Below, piece by piece: positions 24,293-38,100 of a DNA stretch of 64,000 nucleotides; position 1 is the first letter of the stretch; each line of letters begins with the position of its first letter. The notes under the pieces were generated by a model. It saw nothing but the letters and a program-made list of their open reading frames with translations, was not told where the DNA came from and ran no database searches. A program made the position numbers and the translations under genes. Origin of the DNA: Takakia lepidozioides (Eukaryota > Plantae > Bryophyta); assembly GCA_030704615.1 (NCBI GenBank), contig CM060733.1, positions 5,642,001-5,706,000 of the forward strand. Reading direction: 5' to 3'.

Positions 24293-25859
24293 TGTGAGGC
24301 TCTCAAGGTGATATGCTTATCTTATAACGAGTCTGAAAGAGCTTAACTACATGATTATGAAGATCCAATGTATGATTTTAGACCATTTGTATATTTTTTT
24401 CGTATCTTCACAAGATTTGTTTTTGTATTTTCATAAGTAAAGGCATAGCTTGAAGATATCAAGATGCCGTATCGAGAAGACATATCTTGATGTGCGTTGG
24501 TGCGCCGTCATACAAAAGTGCATAATTACAGATAATTCTTTTATGTTTGTGATCTGACAGCGTATCTTGGATAATCATGGACAACTAAGGGTACTAGACT
24601 AGACGTAGCCTGAATGTAACAGTTATCAAATCTATGTAGTAGTGACAAATCTGCATTGACACGTTAGCATGAACACATTAACACATTAACAAATAACTTT
24701 ATTCCATATTCTAGAAAGGTGTATTTGGCATTTATGTTTGTTGAGACCATAAGAACACACCTTGCTAACGTAATTGTCTCGAATGGTCACTCTATATGAA
24801 GTGTTTCAGCATACAACCACCAACAATGATGCTTAGACTAATATGGAGGCAAACATGTCCCATCATATTGTAGGGTATGCATTTCTCAGAAGAAAAGGCC
24901 TTCGGCAAATGTATCAACTCTTATCTACATCAACAAGTTTCCAGCTGGAAATTTTGCATCCACTGCGTTCACCTCCACATTTGATGAAACAGTTTGCAAG
25001 GGTAACAAACTAAAGTTTACATACATAAGCAATTTGGGTGCTTATCATTACTCAAGGAACATGGTGGATGCCACTATCTGCATCCTCTATGCTCCCACAT
25101 TTGGCAAACATGTCTACGAGCGTAGTATCCGGGATCATGTTTGGTACAATCCGAGTTTTCGCAATGTCAGCATGGACATGTTTGCCCTTTTCCAGGGCTG
25201 CCACGTAGGCACACGCCTTGATAATACAAATGTGACCTGGTTGGGCATCATCCCTTCCTGCATTCATTTGCTCATCAGTTTCCCAAGGCATTCCCACCAC
25301 CCTGTTTGGTATATCTTGCAATAAGTATATTATACGGGATAGCGCCTCTGATCTATTCCACTGGATGACTTCACAAATTGTTGTTGCTCAAGGTAATTGA
25401 CCCCATCTATCTCGATCCTGTGCCAGGTTGAGAAAGCATCTTTTGCTCTAATTTGCTCCGTAAGTTAATGAGCTTGCCCTGCTTTGAACAGAAGACAACC
25501 AGCTGGTTATGATGGTTACATAACAATACTCCAGATTGCTATACCCAGAGAAATATGTCCAGAAGACGTGGTTTGTAATCTATGAGCTATAAAGCACAAA
25601 ATCTACCAAATGTGACTTATAATTCCATGGATGAAAAGTTTACGGATGTCTACCATTAAAACATATTGATAATTTAATTTATTTAGGTGAAAACAGTGGA
25701 CCTGTACAACACAGATGCTAATGAGATATGCCAGTTGTGCTCAAAGTATTGCTGACTAGACTGCTGTGCACTACCTGTATCCCTTCCTGGATCTCTCTCA
25801 AATGCTTTCATGCTGTGCTACATTACTAAGTGGGCCATTGGGGGCCATTGTTGCGATCT

Positions 25860-26225
25860 ACATAGATGCTCTGGAGGGATACATTTAAAAGAATCATGGA
25901 GTAGGGGTGCCTTTGCATGGTGGATCAATGCAATCAGTACATCTCTACCCTGATGATGTTGCTTTCTTGGCAAAATTCCTGTCTTCCTTCAACGCCACCA
26001 TCGCATCCTGGAAGACTTCTCCGAAGACTATGGGCTGCAGGTCAATCTTTCTTAAACTGAGATCATGGTTTTTAATGGCCATGCGGATCGCAGATTCCAC
26101 TATAATGAGCAGGACATTGAGGTTGTCAAATCCTATACGTAGTTGGGTCTGGTTATCCACTCACCCAAATTTCAGTTTGCCTCAACTGCTATGGATAGAT
26201 TGACGAAGGGTAGGGCTGCCTCCAT
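25860..26225 (+). mobile_element. LINE reverse-transcriptase remnant
   Basis: HLYPDDVAFLA (YADD-like), GLQVNLS*TEIMVF and IEVVKSYT*LGLVI (RT domains 5-7). Confidence 0.75.
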
Positions 26226-26305
26226 TCTCAGCTACGTTTGGGTTTGTCAATTTCAGGCCTCTGCTGTTTTAATCAACTCTGCCTCTCTGAAAGAAAGAAG
26301 ACAAG

Positions 26306-27834
26306 ATGTACAGAGCTGTTGTACAGGAGAGCTTCAACGAGAACGATCCTGAGGCGGCATTGACATTAGTCACCAAGGCATTGCCTCGGGCCGAGCCAGG
26401 GCAGGTGGTGGTGCATATCATATTGCGCCCCGTCAATCCCACAGACCTTGTTAACGTTCGGACAGGGAGGGTCATTCGAACGTTGAATGCGCCCACTACT
26501 CCAGGCTCTGAAGGCTTCGGCATTGTCCATGCGGTAAGCGTCATGTCCTCTTGAATTGGATTATATACCAGTTTATACACGGACGGCTTGTGCGCTCTCG
26601 TAGACGCGGCTTAAAACGCCAGAAGACTTACACTAGGGTGTGTCTTGGCTTTACTTTATTGTTGGATCAGCTTTGTTGTGCCCTCCTTCTGTTGGCCCTT
26701 AAAACCACGGCAGAGAAATGGTAGGTTCTAACATCTCCTCACACTGAAGGTAGGTCCATCATCCTGACTTTAGGGCAAGCAATGCAAGCTTCTACTCAAC
26801 ATCTCCACATCTCCACAATCAGGCTAGAAAATGCTTATAAGCTCCTTAACCTCAAAATCACATTCGAAACTGTAGTAGGTATTTTCCCCATTATGATTGG
26901 TGTAGGTATCCACCTGATTGTATGTCTCGTTTCGATTGCCCAAATCTCCATTTCACATTGTGGAGATTCAAATTCACATACCTCTGCATGACTACCTTTA
27001 AAGTTTGGAAGACTGCACTCTTGTTCACCAATCCTGCAAGTTGCTGTTCCGGTTTGGGTGCAGGTCGGGGAGGGAGTGACAAAGGTGAAGCCTGGGCAAA
27101 GGGTTGTGCCCTTCATGTGGGAAGCCGGGAGGAAGGGAGAGGGATCATGGCAGCAGTACGTTTCTGTTAGACAGGAATTGGTATGGTCAGTCCCAGACTC
27201 CATCCCAGATGAGACCGCTGCCCAGTTTGTAACCAATCCGTGGACGGTCTATGGAATGTTGCATGATCTTGCTGTTCCTGAAGGGGAGTACGTGTTGCAA
27301 ACTGCTGCTGGTTCTGTGCTTGGCAGGCAGGTGATACAACTGGCCAAGCACTGGGGCATCAAGACAATCAACGTCGTTCGCCACAGTGAACAAAAGGACG
27401 AGCTCAAGGCTCTGGGTGCTGACGAGGTCATTAGCTCCAGTGATGAAAATGTGGTGGCAAGGGTGAAAGAAATTACAGGAAACAGGCTGGCATATGGAGC
27501 TCTGGATGCTGTTGGAGGGGATCTCACCAAGGAGGTGTGCACAAGTGTGAGATTTGGAGGTCGGGTTTTTGTGTATGGAGTGTTATCAGGTTTCGATGCC
27601 ACAGTTTCCATCATAGACCTGTTCAGGGAAGTTCAGGTGACAGGATGGATTCTCTCCAATCACTATGACAATGAGGAGAAGCGCCAGACTTTCGTTGACG
27701 AGGTCTTCAAGCTCCTGGATTCTAAGATTATTCAGCCTCTTGCAGGAGAAAAGTTTGATCTTGCTGACTTCAAGACTGCCATTAAAAAATCCGAGGAAGT
27801 TGGTAGAGGTGGAAAGGTGTTTCTCACAAGCTAA
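26306..27834 (+). CDS. MDR-superfamily NAD(P)H-dependent enoyl/quinone-reductase-like oxidoreductase (ETR/MECR-like)
   Basis: Exons 26306-26533 and 27064-27834 join in frame (~332 aa): RPVNPTDL, PGSEGFGIVHAVGEGV, NPWTVYGML, QTAAGSVLGRQVIQLA, GGKVFL. Confidence 0.92.
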
Positions 27835-29359
27835 GTAAACAATTCAGAGTCATGAAGCAGTGAGGGAGTACACCATAGCATCTCTAACAATATTATCACC
27901 ATACGAAGGCAGAAGACTGAAGGAGAGCCTAGTGTTTGAATGATGGCAAACATAAATCCCACAAAATTACACAAAGCTCTGGCTGATTAGTATTGGAATT
28001 CACTGAATATCCTCTCTGCTGATACAATGCCAGCTGAAACAAGTTCAACTAAACGAAGTCATGGCCTTCCAGAGTTATGATTTGAGGTCCACATTGAGCA
28101 TACAATCCTGGACTGAATGGTGCTTTCGGTGTGGATCACTGAACTTGTCAGTGGAAAGAAAAAGTCCAAGGAAACTCTTGAAATAATACAAATGTGACCT
28201 GGTTGGGCACCATCCCTTCCTGCATCATTTGCTCATCAGTCTCCCAAGGCATTCCTACCACAACCCTGTTTGGTATATCCTGCAATCAGTATATTATACG
28301 GGATCAAACCTCATTCATTTTGTCAAACATCTGATGTGCATCCACGATGTCTCTGCATTTGATGTACATGTTGATCAGGGTGTTGTGTAGAAACACGTTA
28401 GGTTTTAATCCAGTTTGGATAATGTGGGAGTGCACCTGCTTTCCTCTGCCATGCCTTTTGTCTTGATGCATTTGTTGATCAAGAGACAGGCGTAAGTATC
28501 TGAATCTGCTGAAATGCCTCCTTCATTCAAAATGAGCAGAGCCTCTTTCAGTTGTCTTGCATCACATAGTGTCCTCCCCGGTCCACAATTCCTAGAAAAG
28601 ATCTTGTGGACTTCTGTTCTTGGTCCTCTTTTGAAATGGGTGGCATGGTGGCAGTGTTTGATTTTATGGACTGTACTGCTGCTGCTGCTTCCAACTTGAC
28701 CATTTGCCTGTGCAGGTTTCTTGTAGCTATTAATCCACAATGCCTCATTGGTACTCTTGTGCTTGAAATGTAGCCCTCTCGAGTGGATCTGGAGCCACAC
28801 TCCATGCCTGTCTTCTATTCCTGCTTCAACAACAATAATAACTGTGTAGATCCTCAGCACCTGACACTGACAACCTAAAATCTATTTACCACACACCCCT
28901 ACCTTGGTACACATACTAGTTCCTATGCCCAATTGCTGACAAGATGTCAAACATATGTTGGGAGAGAGGGATGATGGCCATTAATTCATCTTCTTATCTA
29001 CATTTGCTGTAAAATAACAGACATGCACCTTTTTGCCTTGTTTGTCCCACCATTGACCGGGGTTTGAATTAACGTACTCCTTCCAAAGCTTCTCCTCTGT
29101 TTCCAATTTGCAGATATATGCCTGCAACCCCATTGGAAGTAACGTGCAAAAACACTCAGAACCAACATGGATTCACTGGATGAGCTGACTTCCAGAAGTA
29201 GACATCTGAAAAGTAGGGATGAATCTGACAAGAGGGAAAAACCAAGCCTAAAGTTTTGAAAAAGAAGATGGCCTCGCCGTGTTCTGCTTGAGTGTCATGG
29301 AAGCAGCTAGCTTTTCTTTCATTCGAGGAGGATTCAACCAACCCTCAATCTGTAGGACA

Positions 29360-29965
29360 CTTTATCCACACTGCTGGAGTCTGTACTCCAGTAGCCTTGG
29401 ATTGGCCTGTGCAAAACCACTGGGGTGCAGTTGAGCAGCAATAATTTCAACAAAGCATCCAGGCTTCCAATTACCTTCTAAACACCAGGAAAACCGTGGG
29501 CAATACATTTCCATGGCCTGCTTAGAAACCATAACCTCTGATAGTGATTGAAAGAAACACTTTGGCAAACAAAATAACTCCACCACCCAAGAAAAACCCC
29601 ACCTGGCCATTGCGGTTGTCCCAGCGGTGAAAGATCTTTAAAGGACTCTTGCCAGCACTGTTCCATGCTCCATGGTTGACCTTCATGCTAGAAACTCCAA
29701 GAGCATGGCTAACGCATGCACCCTTTTGACAGGTTACGCTCTCGCTGGAAAATTATGAACTCTTCTGAATCTTTGTAGGGGACAGAGCGTTTTTGTCATT
29801 GTCGTGACCCCCGGCAACTATAACAGTGTTCCCAATAGCTCCACAAGCAAAGAAAGAGCGGGTGGTCGGCATGTCTGCATACCGGCTCCACATTTGAGTG
29901 AAAAAAATGCACGCATAAACTGACCTGTGAGTTTCCAAGGCGAAAGAACTGACGAGGCAAGGCAC
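29360..29965 (-). pseudogene. F-box/kelch-repeat gene fragment
   Basis: WSRYADMPTTRSFFACGAIGNTVIVAGGHDNDKNAL is a kelch repeat. The surrounding frames are broken. Confidence 0.75.
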
Positions 29966-31809
29966 TTCTATGCAAAGTTGTGTTTTTGGTGGAATCTCCG
30001 AACCTTAAATGGTAGAATCACAGGGGAAGGGGGATTCTGTGTGTTATGCTTCAATTCAAAATGGCATCATTGCCAACTTTCTCAGGTATTTGATTGGTTA
30101 CTTAGAGGGGAAATTATGTCTTGCTGCAGACTAATCTCTTTTGCATCAATGCAGGTGTTGTGTGTTGTTCACATTAGGAGATTGACGTTCTAACTGGAAG
30201 AGGGGCAAATGCAGCAGGCAGCAAAGTAGAAATGGACAGCGCTGAATTGCATACAATCGTGACTCACACAGTAAGCGTTTTAATCCCAAGCCAATATGTA
30301 CACACCCACCTCCATAAAAATTAATTATCAATGAAACCTCCACAGGGAACTGGGAACATGCAAACAGAGGAACCAGACGGTTGTACCTTCAATTTAGTTG
30401 TTAACTGAGGAACCCATTCTACAATACGAGGTGTTACCTGGAGAAGGTACAACAGGATCTTCAAACCGTTTGACACCTTTGCGTGCTCCCCCCTCTATAT
30501 GTAGGAGGAGCCAATAAAACTGCGTGTTAGAAGACAGGCACTGACAAAAAAACAAACCTGTCAAAAGTGAAGCTTTGTTTTTTTGTCGATTGCGTGTCTT
30601 CTGACAGGCCTTTTTGAGCGCTAGATGACTAAAGTTGCCCTTTCACAACCGGGAGCAGTATATGAGACCGCTTGGAAGATCAAAATCCTGGAAATCCTCA
30701 AGACACCCCCTCAAGTGTAGAGGCCTGCATGCAACACACGGTGGACGCAACTGACCGCCCACAATTCAATCCCTTGAGGATATGTAACCCCCCTTTCATT
30801 TATGGGCCATGGAGGCACACAGCACGACACCACCAACAATCCCACACACGGCTTTGAACCCCAAACCACCAGGGCGACACATTGTGCACTTACCAGCTGA
30901 GCTACCAGCAAATGTGCTTGCAAATTTTCTATGTAATCATTTTGACAGGATTTTTTTTTTTTGGCCATTTTTGGTCGTCATTGCCTTTCTTTTGACAGGC
31001 CATTTTTTTGGTGGCCTTTTTTTGCCTGTCAAATGCCTTGTGACAGCTGCAAAAATCAGCCTTGAATCGTAACAACTTATTTTAAGAAGTTCACACTTCT
31101 TTTCATTTATAATTTATAATTTAATGTGATAGGATTGCCTGAAAGGCCAAAAATTTGTGAACCTGCAATGTTGTCTGTCACAGTAAAGTTTGTTTAACGT
31201 CCACTGAATTTACAGGGCCTACAGTGAAAGTCAAAAAAGAAATTAATCTATCACAAAAATGGAAGGCCGACCTGTCAAACAATAGCAATGCGAGTATGAA
31301 GCGCCTCAGAATTTTGTGTGGCCTCGTCGTAATGAGGCCGCAGGGTGCAGAGGGGACAGGGACCTGACAGCGGGCCCCGCTACATTAAAACGATCCCTAT
31401 TCCCCGTTTCTCTTATATATGAAAAAAACTACAGCGTGTTGGCACGGTGGAGGTTGTGGTCTGGTGGTAGGTCGATGGCGATGCGGCGGTATTCTAAGTC
31501 CTTGACGCATGAAGCTAGTTTGCTCCTATATTAATGAGACGGCGGGCCCCATCGTCTGACCAGCCTCATTAGCCAATAAAAGAAGTAAACCACCTTGCAC
31601 AGCGTGTAGATGTATACATCCGAAAACAGAGCCTCCAAAGCAACTGATCGGCTTGATTCTCTCTTGATGTCATCGTCAGTTTCGCTATGTCTGTACTAGC
31701 CTTAAAATTTCTCCTTGTTTCTTCCTCTTCTATGCACAGAGTTGCTCAAGTAGTTTGAAGTGCACTGATCACACCAAAGGCAACTGCAGTGCTCTGAACT
31801 GTATCAACC

Positions 31810-33886
31810 ATGACCTTAGCCATGGATCTCCAGCCTTGCAGCGTGCTTGCTACTGCAATTAAAGATGTGTGGATTCCACCTGAGATGCAACATCAAGACA
31901 TGCACTCTAGCAAGCAGTTGTCGGATTTCGTGTGCCCCGAGCATCAGCGACCCACCATTGCTCACAATGACTTCCAGGGAGGCGATCAGATCCCAATCAT
32001 TGACCTCGCAAAGCTCAAGACAGGTGATGAGAAAGACAGAGAGGGCTTAACAAGGGAGATGATGGAGGCGGGCTCCGAATGGGGGTTCTTTCAACTGGTC
32101 AACCATGGCGTGCCCCTCGAGATCATTGAGAAGCTACAATCGCAAGCACGCGTTTTCTTTGGTCTTCCTCTAGAGCGAAAACAGAAGGCGAGGTTCGGTG
32201 GCCGAATAGGTGGCTACGTCGGAGGTAGCCCGAGAAAGCAGGCAGCCAGCCCTTGGATGGAGGGGTTTCTCTACTACGGAGATGTAGGATCACGTAAATC
32301 GAACTTGAGAGAGTACGCACAGTTATGTCTTGAGGGTTCAGAGCTTGAGCAATTCAGGTACAAACTTAAAATCTCAGCTGCTCGACGTAGCGGCTACTTA
32401 AGTCACTTTCTTCATATTTTCCGAGCAACATTGAAGTCTTTTGTTCAAATACCCTTCTCCTTGTATATGAATTATACTCCCATCTCTGACGTGCAAGTTC
32501 TTGAGTTGAGCCTTCCTCACATGAACTTCGTAATTGTACACATGGTGGGATTCTCTCTGTCTGCCTTCCACACAAATTAGTTCCGGATGAACCGAGTCAG
32601 ATTCCCAGAACAGAACACTACCACTTGAGGAATCATCCTATCTAGATGATTGCAATATCCAGCTAGGCTAGTATCAGTTGATTGGCATGTATGCTGAAGG
32701 GAAGTGGAGCCTGTGTCGGTTCTTCACGTGATCTTGGCAAATTCCTTCCCAAGGACGCGCAACCATCGTTCGTGCTGGACCTACGATCATTTTTCAGTAT
32801 CAGTACAGACATCCAGCACAGATATGCCGCCAACTCATGACAAGCTGAGTTCTTCAGTCGTCACTGGCCAATTCCATTAATGTCTTCAGCTTCAGGAGCG
32901 GCTTATATTTTCTTGCCCTTCTAGAGTACTCAGCTGATTTCAAGTGATCAATAACAAACATCTGATTGCACACATACATATGCATCTCTATATTCTAAGT
33001 GGTCCTGATCTCAAGACGAGTACTTGTCGTTCTAGATTCTCATGAGATTGGTATTCATTTCAAATGCAGCACTTGTCTTGAGGAGTTTGAAAGCTATGTG
33101 GACAAGGTTGCTTTGGACACCTTGGAGCTTTGGGCAGAGGGCCTTGGGTTGCATCCAACCTTCTTCACGAACTATTTTGGAGAAGGAGGGTTGATGAAGG
33201 GCACTCGCTTGATCAACTACCCACCTTGCCCTGCGCCTTCGCTCACCCTTGGGCTGGGAGCCCACGCAGACTGCTCACCGTACTACTACAAGACGAGACT
33301 GGAGGATTGCAAGTACAAAAGGATGGTGTCTGGCTTACAGTTAGACCTCGGGTTGGTGCACTCATCGTCAATGTTGCTGATCTTGCTCAGGTATCATGGC
33401 TGACACAAAAAGCAAAGATTATGTAATCTCAGAATTATTGGATTTCTTCTACACATGACTCAAATCATGTCAAAATGATGTGAGCCATGCACTTGCAACC
33501 TCTCCAGTCTTGTGTCAGATGAGCTGCTGGGAACCTCTGCACGGTGATCCATACCATCGCGCAGATATCCCCGTGTAAATAAATCTCGGACATTTCATGT
33601 CAAATCTATGAAGTCAATTAGCTCTACACTAATAGTACAAGCTCATCTTTCTCCACAGGGATTGATCAACGGGCGACTGAGAAGCTGCGTGCACAGGGTT
33701 GTTGTGAACGCCACAGTGCCTCGACTCTCGGTGGCGGCCTTCTACAGCCCCGAAGTGCCAAGCACACCCATCTCTGCTCCCGCAGAGCTCGTGGACCAGC
33801 ACCACCCTCGCCTCTACCGCCCCTTCTGCTTCGCTGCCGACGCGCCCCACTGGCTGCAATCCTTTGCCATCCCCTCCCCTTCATGA
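31810..33886 (+). pseudogene. 2-oxoglutarate/Fe(II) dioxygenase (DOXC, GA20ox-like) with a frameshift near 33271
   Basis: Exons 31810-32357, 33070-33390 and 33659-33886: IPIIDL, EWGFFQLVNHGV, YPPCPAPSLTLGLGAHAD // LTVLLQDETGGLQV, HRVVVN...RLSVA. The frame breaks directly after HAD. Confidence 0.85.
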
Positions 33887-34561
33887 CATTCATCCACCAC
33901 CAACATTAGGATTTCACCTAGTCTGCTATATCCTGGGCCCACCATCACATTTTTTCTTACTTTTGTTACTGTGGTGCACTGGATGGGCTTCAAATACCCA
34001 TCATTGATAGCTTGGACTGGGCACTTATGTGTTCCATTGTTGGATGATTATACATATCTATGACAAGATGAATTTCATCCTGCCTTGTTGCATGGAATGA
34101 TCCACCTTATATCTTGAGTGGGTCCGAAGTTGGGCCAATCGATGGATGAAGGTAGATATCTACGATTTTATTAGATGAATTTTATTGTCTTTAAAACAGA
34201 TATTAGAATATAAAATACATGTTATTATGCATAATATAAATAAAACAAGTAAAATATAAATAAAACAACTCCTTCTCAACAGTGGGATTTTATTCATCCA
34301 TAATAGACATAACATAGATGTCACGTGAGGGAGGTATTAGCTGGTGAAGGCACATCATGTAAGTAGTCATCCATAATAAACTTAAGAACTCATCTATACT
34401 TTTTTTCCTAAGTTGTTCAATAACATAGATGTTACCTTGTTATTTGGTGAAAGCGCAACAGGCGCTTAGCGATTTTTGACACTAATGCGGTGTCTCCTAT
34501 TTAGAACACGGGGGTAAGTTGTTATTTCTTCCACTTCCCTCATACATTTAAGGCTTCTGTA

Positions 34562-34720
34562 CAGCGTTTTTTTTTTGGCAAATTTTCGCCAAATGGCGAC
34601 CTCAAAAAAATAAAGTATAATATTCTGTCGCAAATTCCCTAGTTTTTCATGGATGAAAACACCAAACTTCTCCAAGTAAAAAATAGGTTATGGATGAATT
34701 CGCCAAATATGGATGATATA
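34562..34720 (+). mobile_element. Probable MITE terminus
   Basis: CAGCGTTTTTTTTTTGGCAAATTTTCGCCAAATGGCGAC with a repeated TTCGCCAAAT motif. The matching end was not found. Confidence 0.4.
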
Positions 34721-35101
34721 AATGGATTAAAGTACGGAGGTGGATGATTCTATCCTAATTTGAATGGATAAACATAATGTATGTATGGCTATTTTCTGCA
34801 AAACTCTGTAACCACTCGTGCTATTTTCCAAATTTCAAATAAAAAAAGATCTGCTTCTGTCCCCCCTCCCCCCACCAAAATGAAACTACAAACTATAGAT
34901 ATTTTTCATCCACTTTAGGATGAGTCTCTCTCCGTCTCAGTCTTTTGGGTTCGCCCTCGCCTATATTGGCGTGCTTGCTTTATGGCCCCTTGGGGTTTGT
35001 TTTTTTACCCGTCATTAATAAAATTTGAGGGCTTCTATCCCGTCTTGAAGAAAAAGAAAAAAGAAAACAGGAGAGGACTCAATAGTAGCCGAGGACGAAA
35101 A

Positions 35102-38100
35102 TCACCCCGATCCGGGTGGCTTAAATTCAACCCTTACAATGCTGCCGCTACCCCTTGATCTGGGGGGTGAGGTAGACGCATTGGACTTCGGAGTTGTTGA
35201 GAGGGGGTTGTAGGAGGCCGGAGTGTCGCGCGGGGAGGCCTTGCTAGAGACCGAGCCTGCGCTTGATCCCGATTGAGTGGACCGGGCGGAGGACGTGTTG
35301 GAGGGTAGCTTGAAGCCTTGCTCGCCCACGCGCTTCTCTATGACGGCCGTGTAGTCGGGGTGTTCATTCGCAAGGCAGCGTAGCTTGTGTAAAATGTCTT
35401 GTGCACTCTCCCTCAGCTCCGCCAGTACGAGTTCGTTTCCTATCCTCTTCGCCTCCGTTCCCCTGCCACCCACATAAGCATGAATTGAGATTAATAATTA
35501 CAAAAGTAAAAATAATAATAAAAGTAATGCACTATGGAACGGGCATCAAACCGGGCAGAGTGTCATCTGCTTGGACCATGCCTCCCTTTTATGCCCAGTA
35601 AGAAACCTAAAAAGCAGAACCTGCTACTTAGCAACATTTACACCAAGGTTATTTTCCCTTGAGTGACAGTCAAATCTTCTTTCATAAGTGATGATTTAAG
35701 GGGCTTCTAGCTCTTTCGTCAAAACATAAAATCATGAATTTTCCGCATTTTTTAAAAAATTTAGCAGAATTTTATTATATAAAAGATCAAAAATTTCTGT
35801 ACATACACCGATTTTTCTTTAAGCTCTTTAATAAGCTTCTCAAGTTGATGAGAGGCACGCTTGTGCTTATTATTTTGCTCTTGTTCCTCCCTTGCCGCTA
35901 TGTCCAACTTCCTTTCAAGGTCGTCACAACCTTTATTGACACTATCACGTTCTTTCTCTGCATTCTCAATCCGAGCTTGCACCTCATCTACATCCTGTAT
36001 ATCAAAACATCTCTCCAAAATTAATTGGATCAGTGTCAGCTTCCGACTATTCATTTTTCAGTAAATTGTTTTTTGGTTAAAGTAGTAGAGTTTGTCTACA
36101 TAACTTTGTTCATAGATAAATTACATGTAAAAATGTTTGTCAATGAAATAAAATCTTCTGGGCCTCTGTCCTAAATAAAATAAAATTGTCACTAATGATG
36201 AAATATTTTACAGCATTGAGATACGTAAATATTGTTATGTAATTGTCATACTAAGTTGGATTAATTAATAGTACAAGTACAACAACTAAAAGCTGGGAAA
36301 AAGATGCTTACTCGCAACAAGGATCTCTGTTCTCGTTTTTTGAAACGGATACGATCTCTACATTTGCTGAGTGTCAACTTCAGTTGATTTTGCTCGTCTT
36401 CTAATTCAACAGTTTTAGGATTGTCATTGACACTAGTTCGCAAATTATTGTTTGAGTCTATAATTTGTGACATTGCACTTTCTAATGCATCTACGTCGAC
36501 CTTTGCCTGCACAACCGTACAGGAAAGACAGCATATCAAACAAATTTTCTTGCTAGGAGAAAACTTATTTTCCATCTTAATATTTAGACTGACATACATA
36601 ACAACGATTCAAGTAGGTACTAATTTTTTGGGGCCACAACCTTTCCCTTTCAAAATAATAAGTAAATAAAAACACGTTGTAGATGTTAATTCAGCGTGCT
36701 ACTTTTTTAGTATGCAAATATTACGGCAATATGTCATATCTATATGCACACATGCAAATCTTTATGTTATGAGAGAAGTCATCAGCTTATTAGTTATTGA
36801 ATTATAACAAACACACACACACACACAGGTATACATTATACACAATGATCTAAATTTGAAGTTCACCTGGATAACTTCTTTTTCAAGTTCAAGTCCCTTT
36901 GTTTGCAGCAACTCACGATTTTTAGCAACCTTTGCAAGATAATACTCAGCTGACAATTCCTCGCCATCGTTTGGATCCACCCGTGCTCTTAGCACATCAT
37001 ATCTGATGTGAAACTACAAAATGCAATTACGTCATACACTAAGTTATTATACATATAATGACAAGCACATAATACAAATATTGTACTATACAGGTTATGT
37101 ATCATAAAGTTGGGTAGATGTGTGTTCTCCGATCAGCAGGGCCTCTGTATGCCTTGAAGGTTTTTTCCCAATTTCCTTGCTTTTTTAATCCCTTAAAACG
37201 AAAGTAATAACTATATTATTTAATGTTTTACTATTCAGAACCTGTTCTGTCACTCGTTTTTATGATATGAAAACATAAGAGTCTTAAATACTGCACCTTT
37301 TCAACTAACATACAAAGTTTTCTACGTTGCACCACAAGACTATGAAGCTCTGCTTGAAGTATTTTTAGTTCTTGTTGTTGTTGCTCTTGTCTTGCATCCA
37401 CTTCGCGCTTACGATCATCCATATTATGTTGGAGTCTTTGCTTAAAACAATCCATATTGAATACTTCGTCTTTACAGGGAAAACACACTTGTCAATTCAT
37501 CAAACATATATACGGTGTTATCAATTGTCTCAAATTTACCTAAACATACAATAATTTATTGTGGTTAAATATTGCTACTTTATAGAGTAATACATAATAG
37601 CTTACAGTAAATTATCTGTTTAGTTCCAAATTTTAAAATATTATAGGTGACTCATGCCACGCAAGCGCTAGTATCATGTCACCTTCATTCCGAAGGTTAG
37701 TCCCTTTCGTTTGAGTCTCATAAACTAAAAATACTATACTTACGAAACCATCACAAAGTCATGGATTTCTTGATGAATTGAATTACACTTCTCATATTGA
37801 AAATATGGCATGTTATTGTCGGAAGGACTATACCAAATAAATATAGTTCAGAAAAAATACACAATCTATTTTACAGCCAATAATCCATTTCAGCTTTATA
37901 ACCTTACCAGCTTTTGAGTGAAGGATATCAGTCAAACGGTTGACTTCCATTAAAAGCAAGTCGACTTCCAAAGATTTTTCCTCCTTTTCTTTCATCAAAG
38001 TCTAGATACAACAAATTTACACTACATTTGGGGACTGAAATAATCTCTAAAACAATTATCCATATAAGTCATATAATTTTTTTTGAGCTGTAAATTACAT

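Larger units (their letters stand above)
25030..28860 (-). pseudogene. PLS-class PPR pseudogene split in two (28860-28183 and 25340-25030)
   Basis: LCDARQLKEAL...DSDTYACLL...VHSHIIQTGLKPNVFLHNTLINMYIKC..., resuming as IIKACAYVAALEKGKHVHADI...TTLVDMFAKCGSIEDA. Frameshifted. Confidence 0.85.

Noticed and set aside
30499-31386. TIR pair (ATGTAGGAGGAGCC / GGGCCCCGCTACAT) around the TGACAG cluster
   Set aside because: The match is weak and there is no clear TSD; not called as a transposon.
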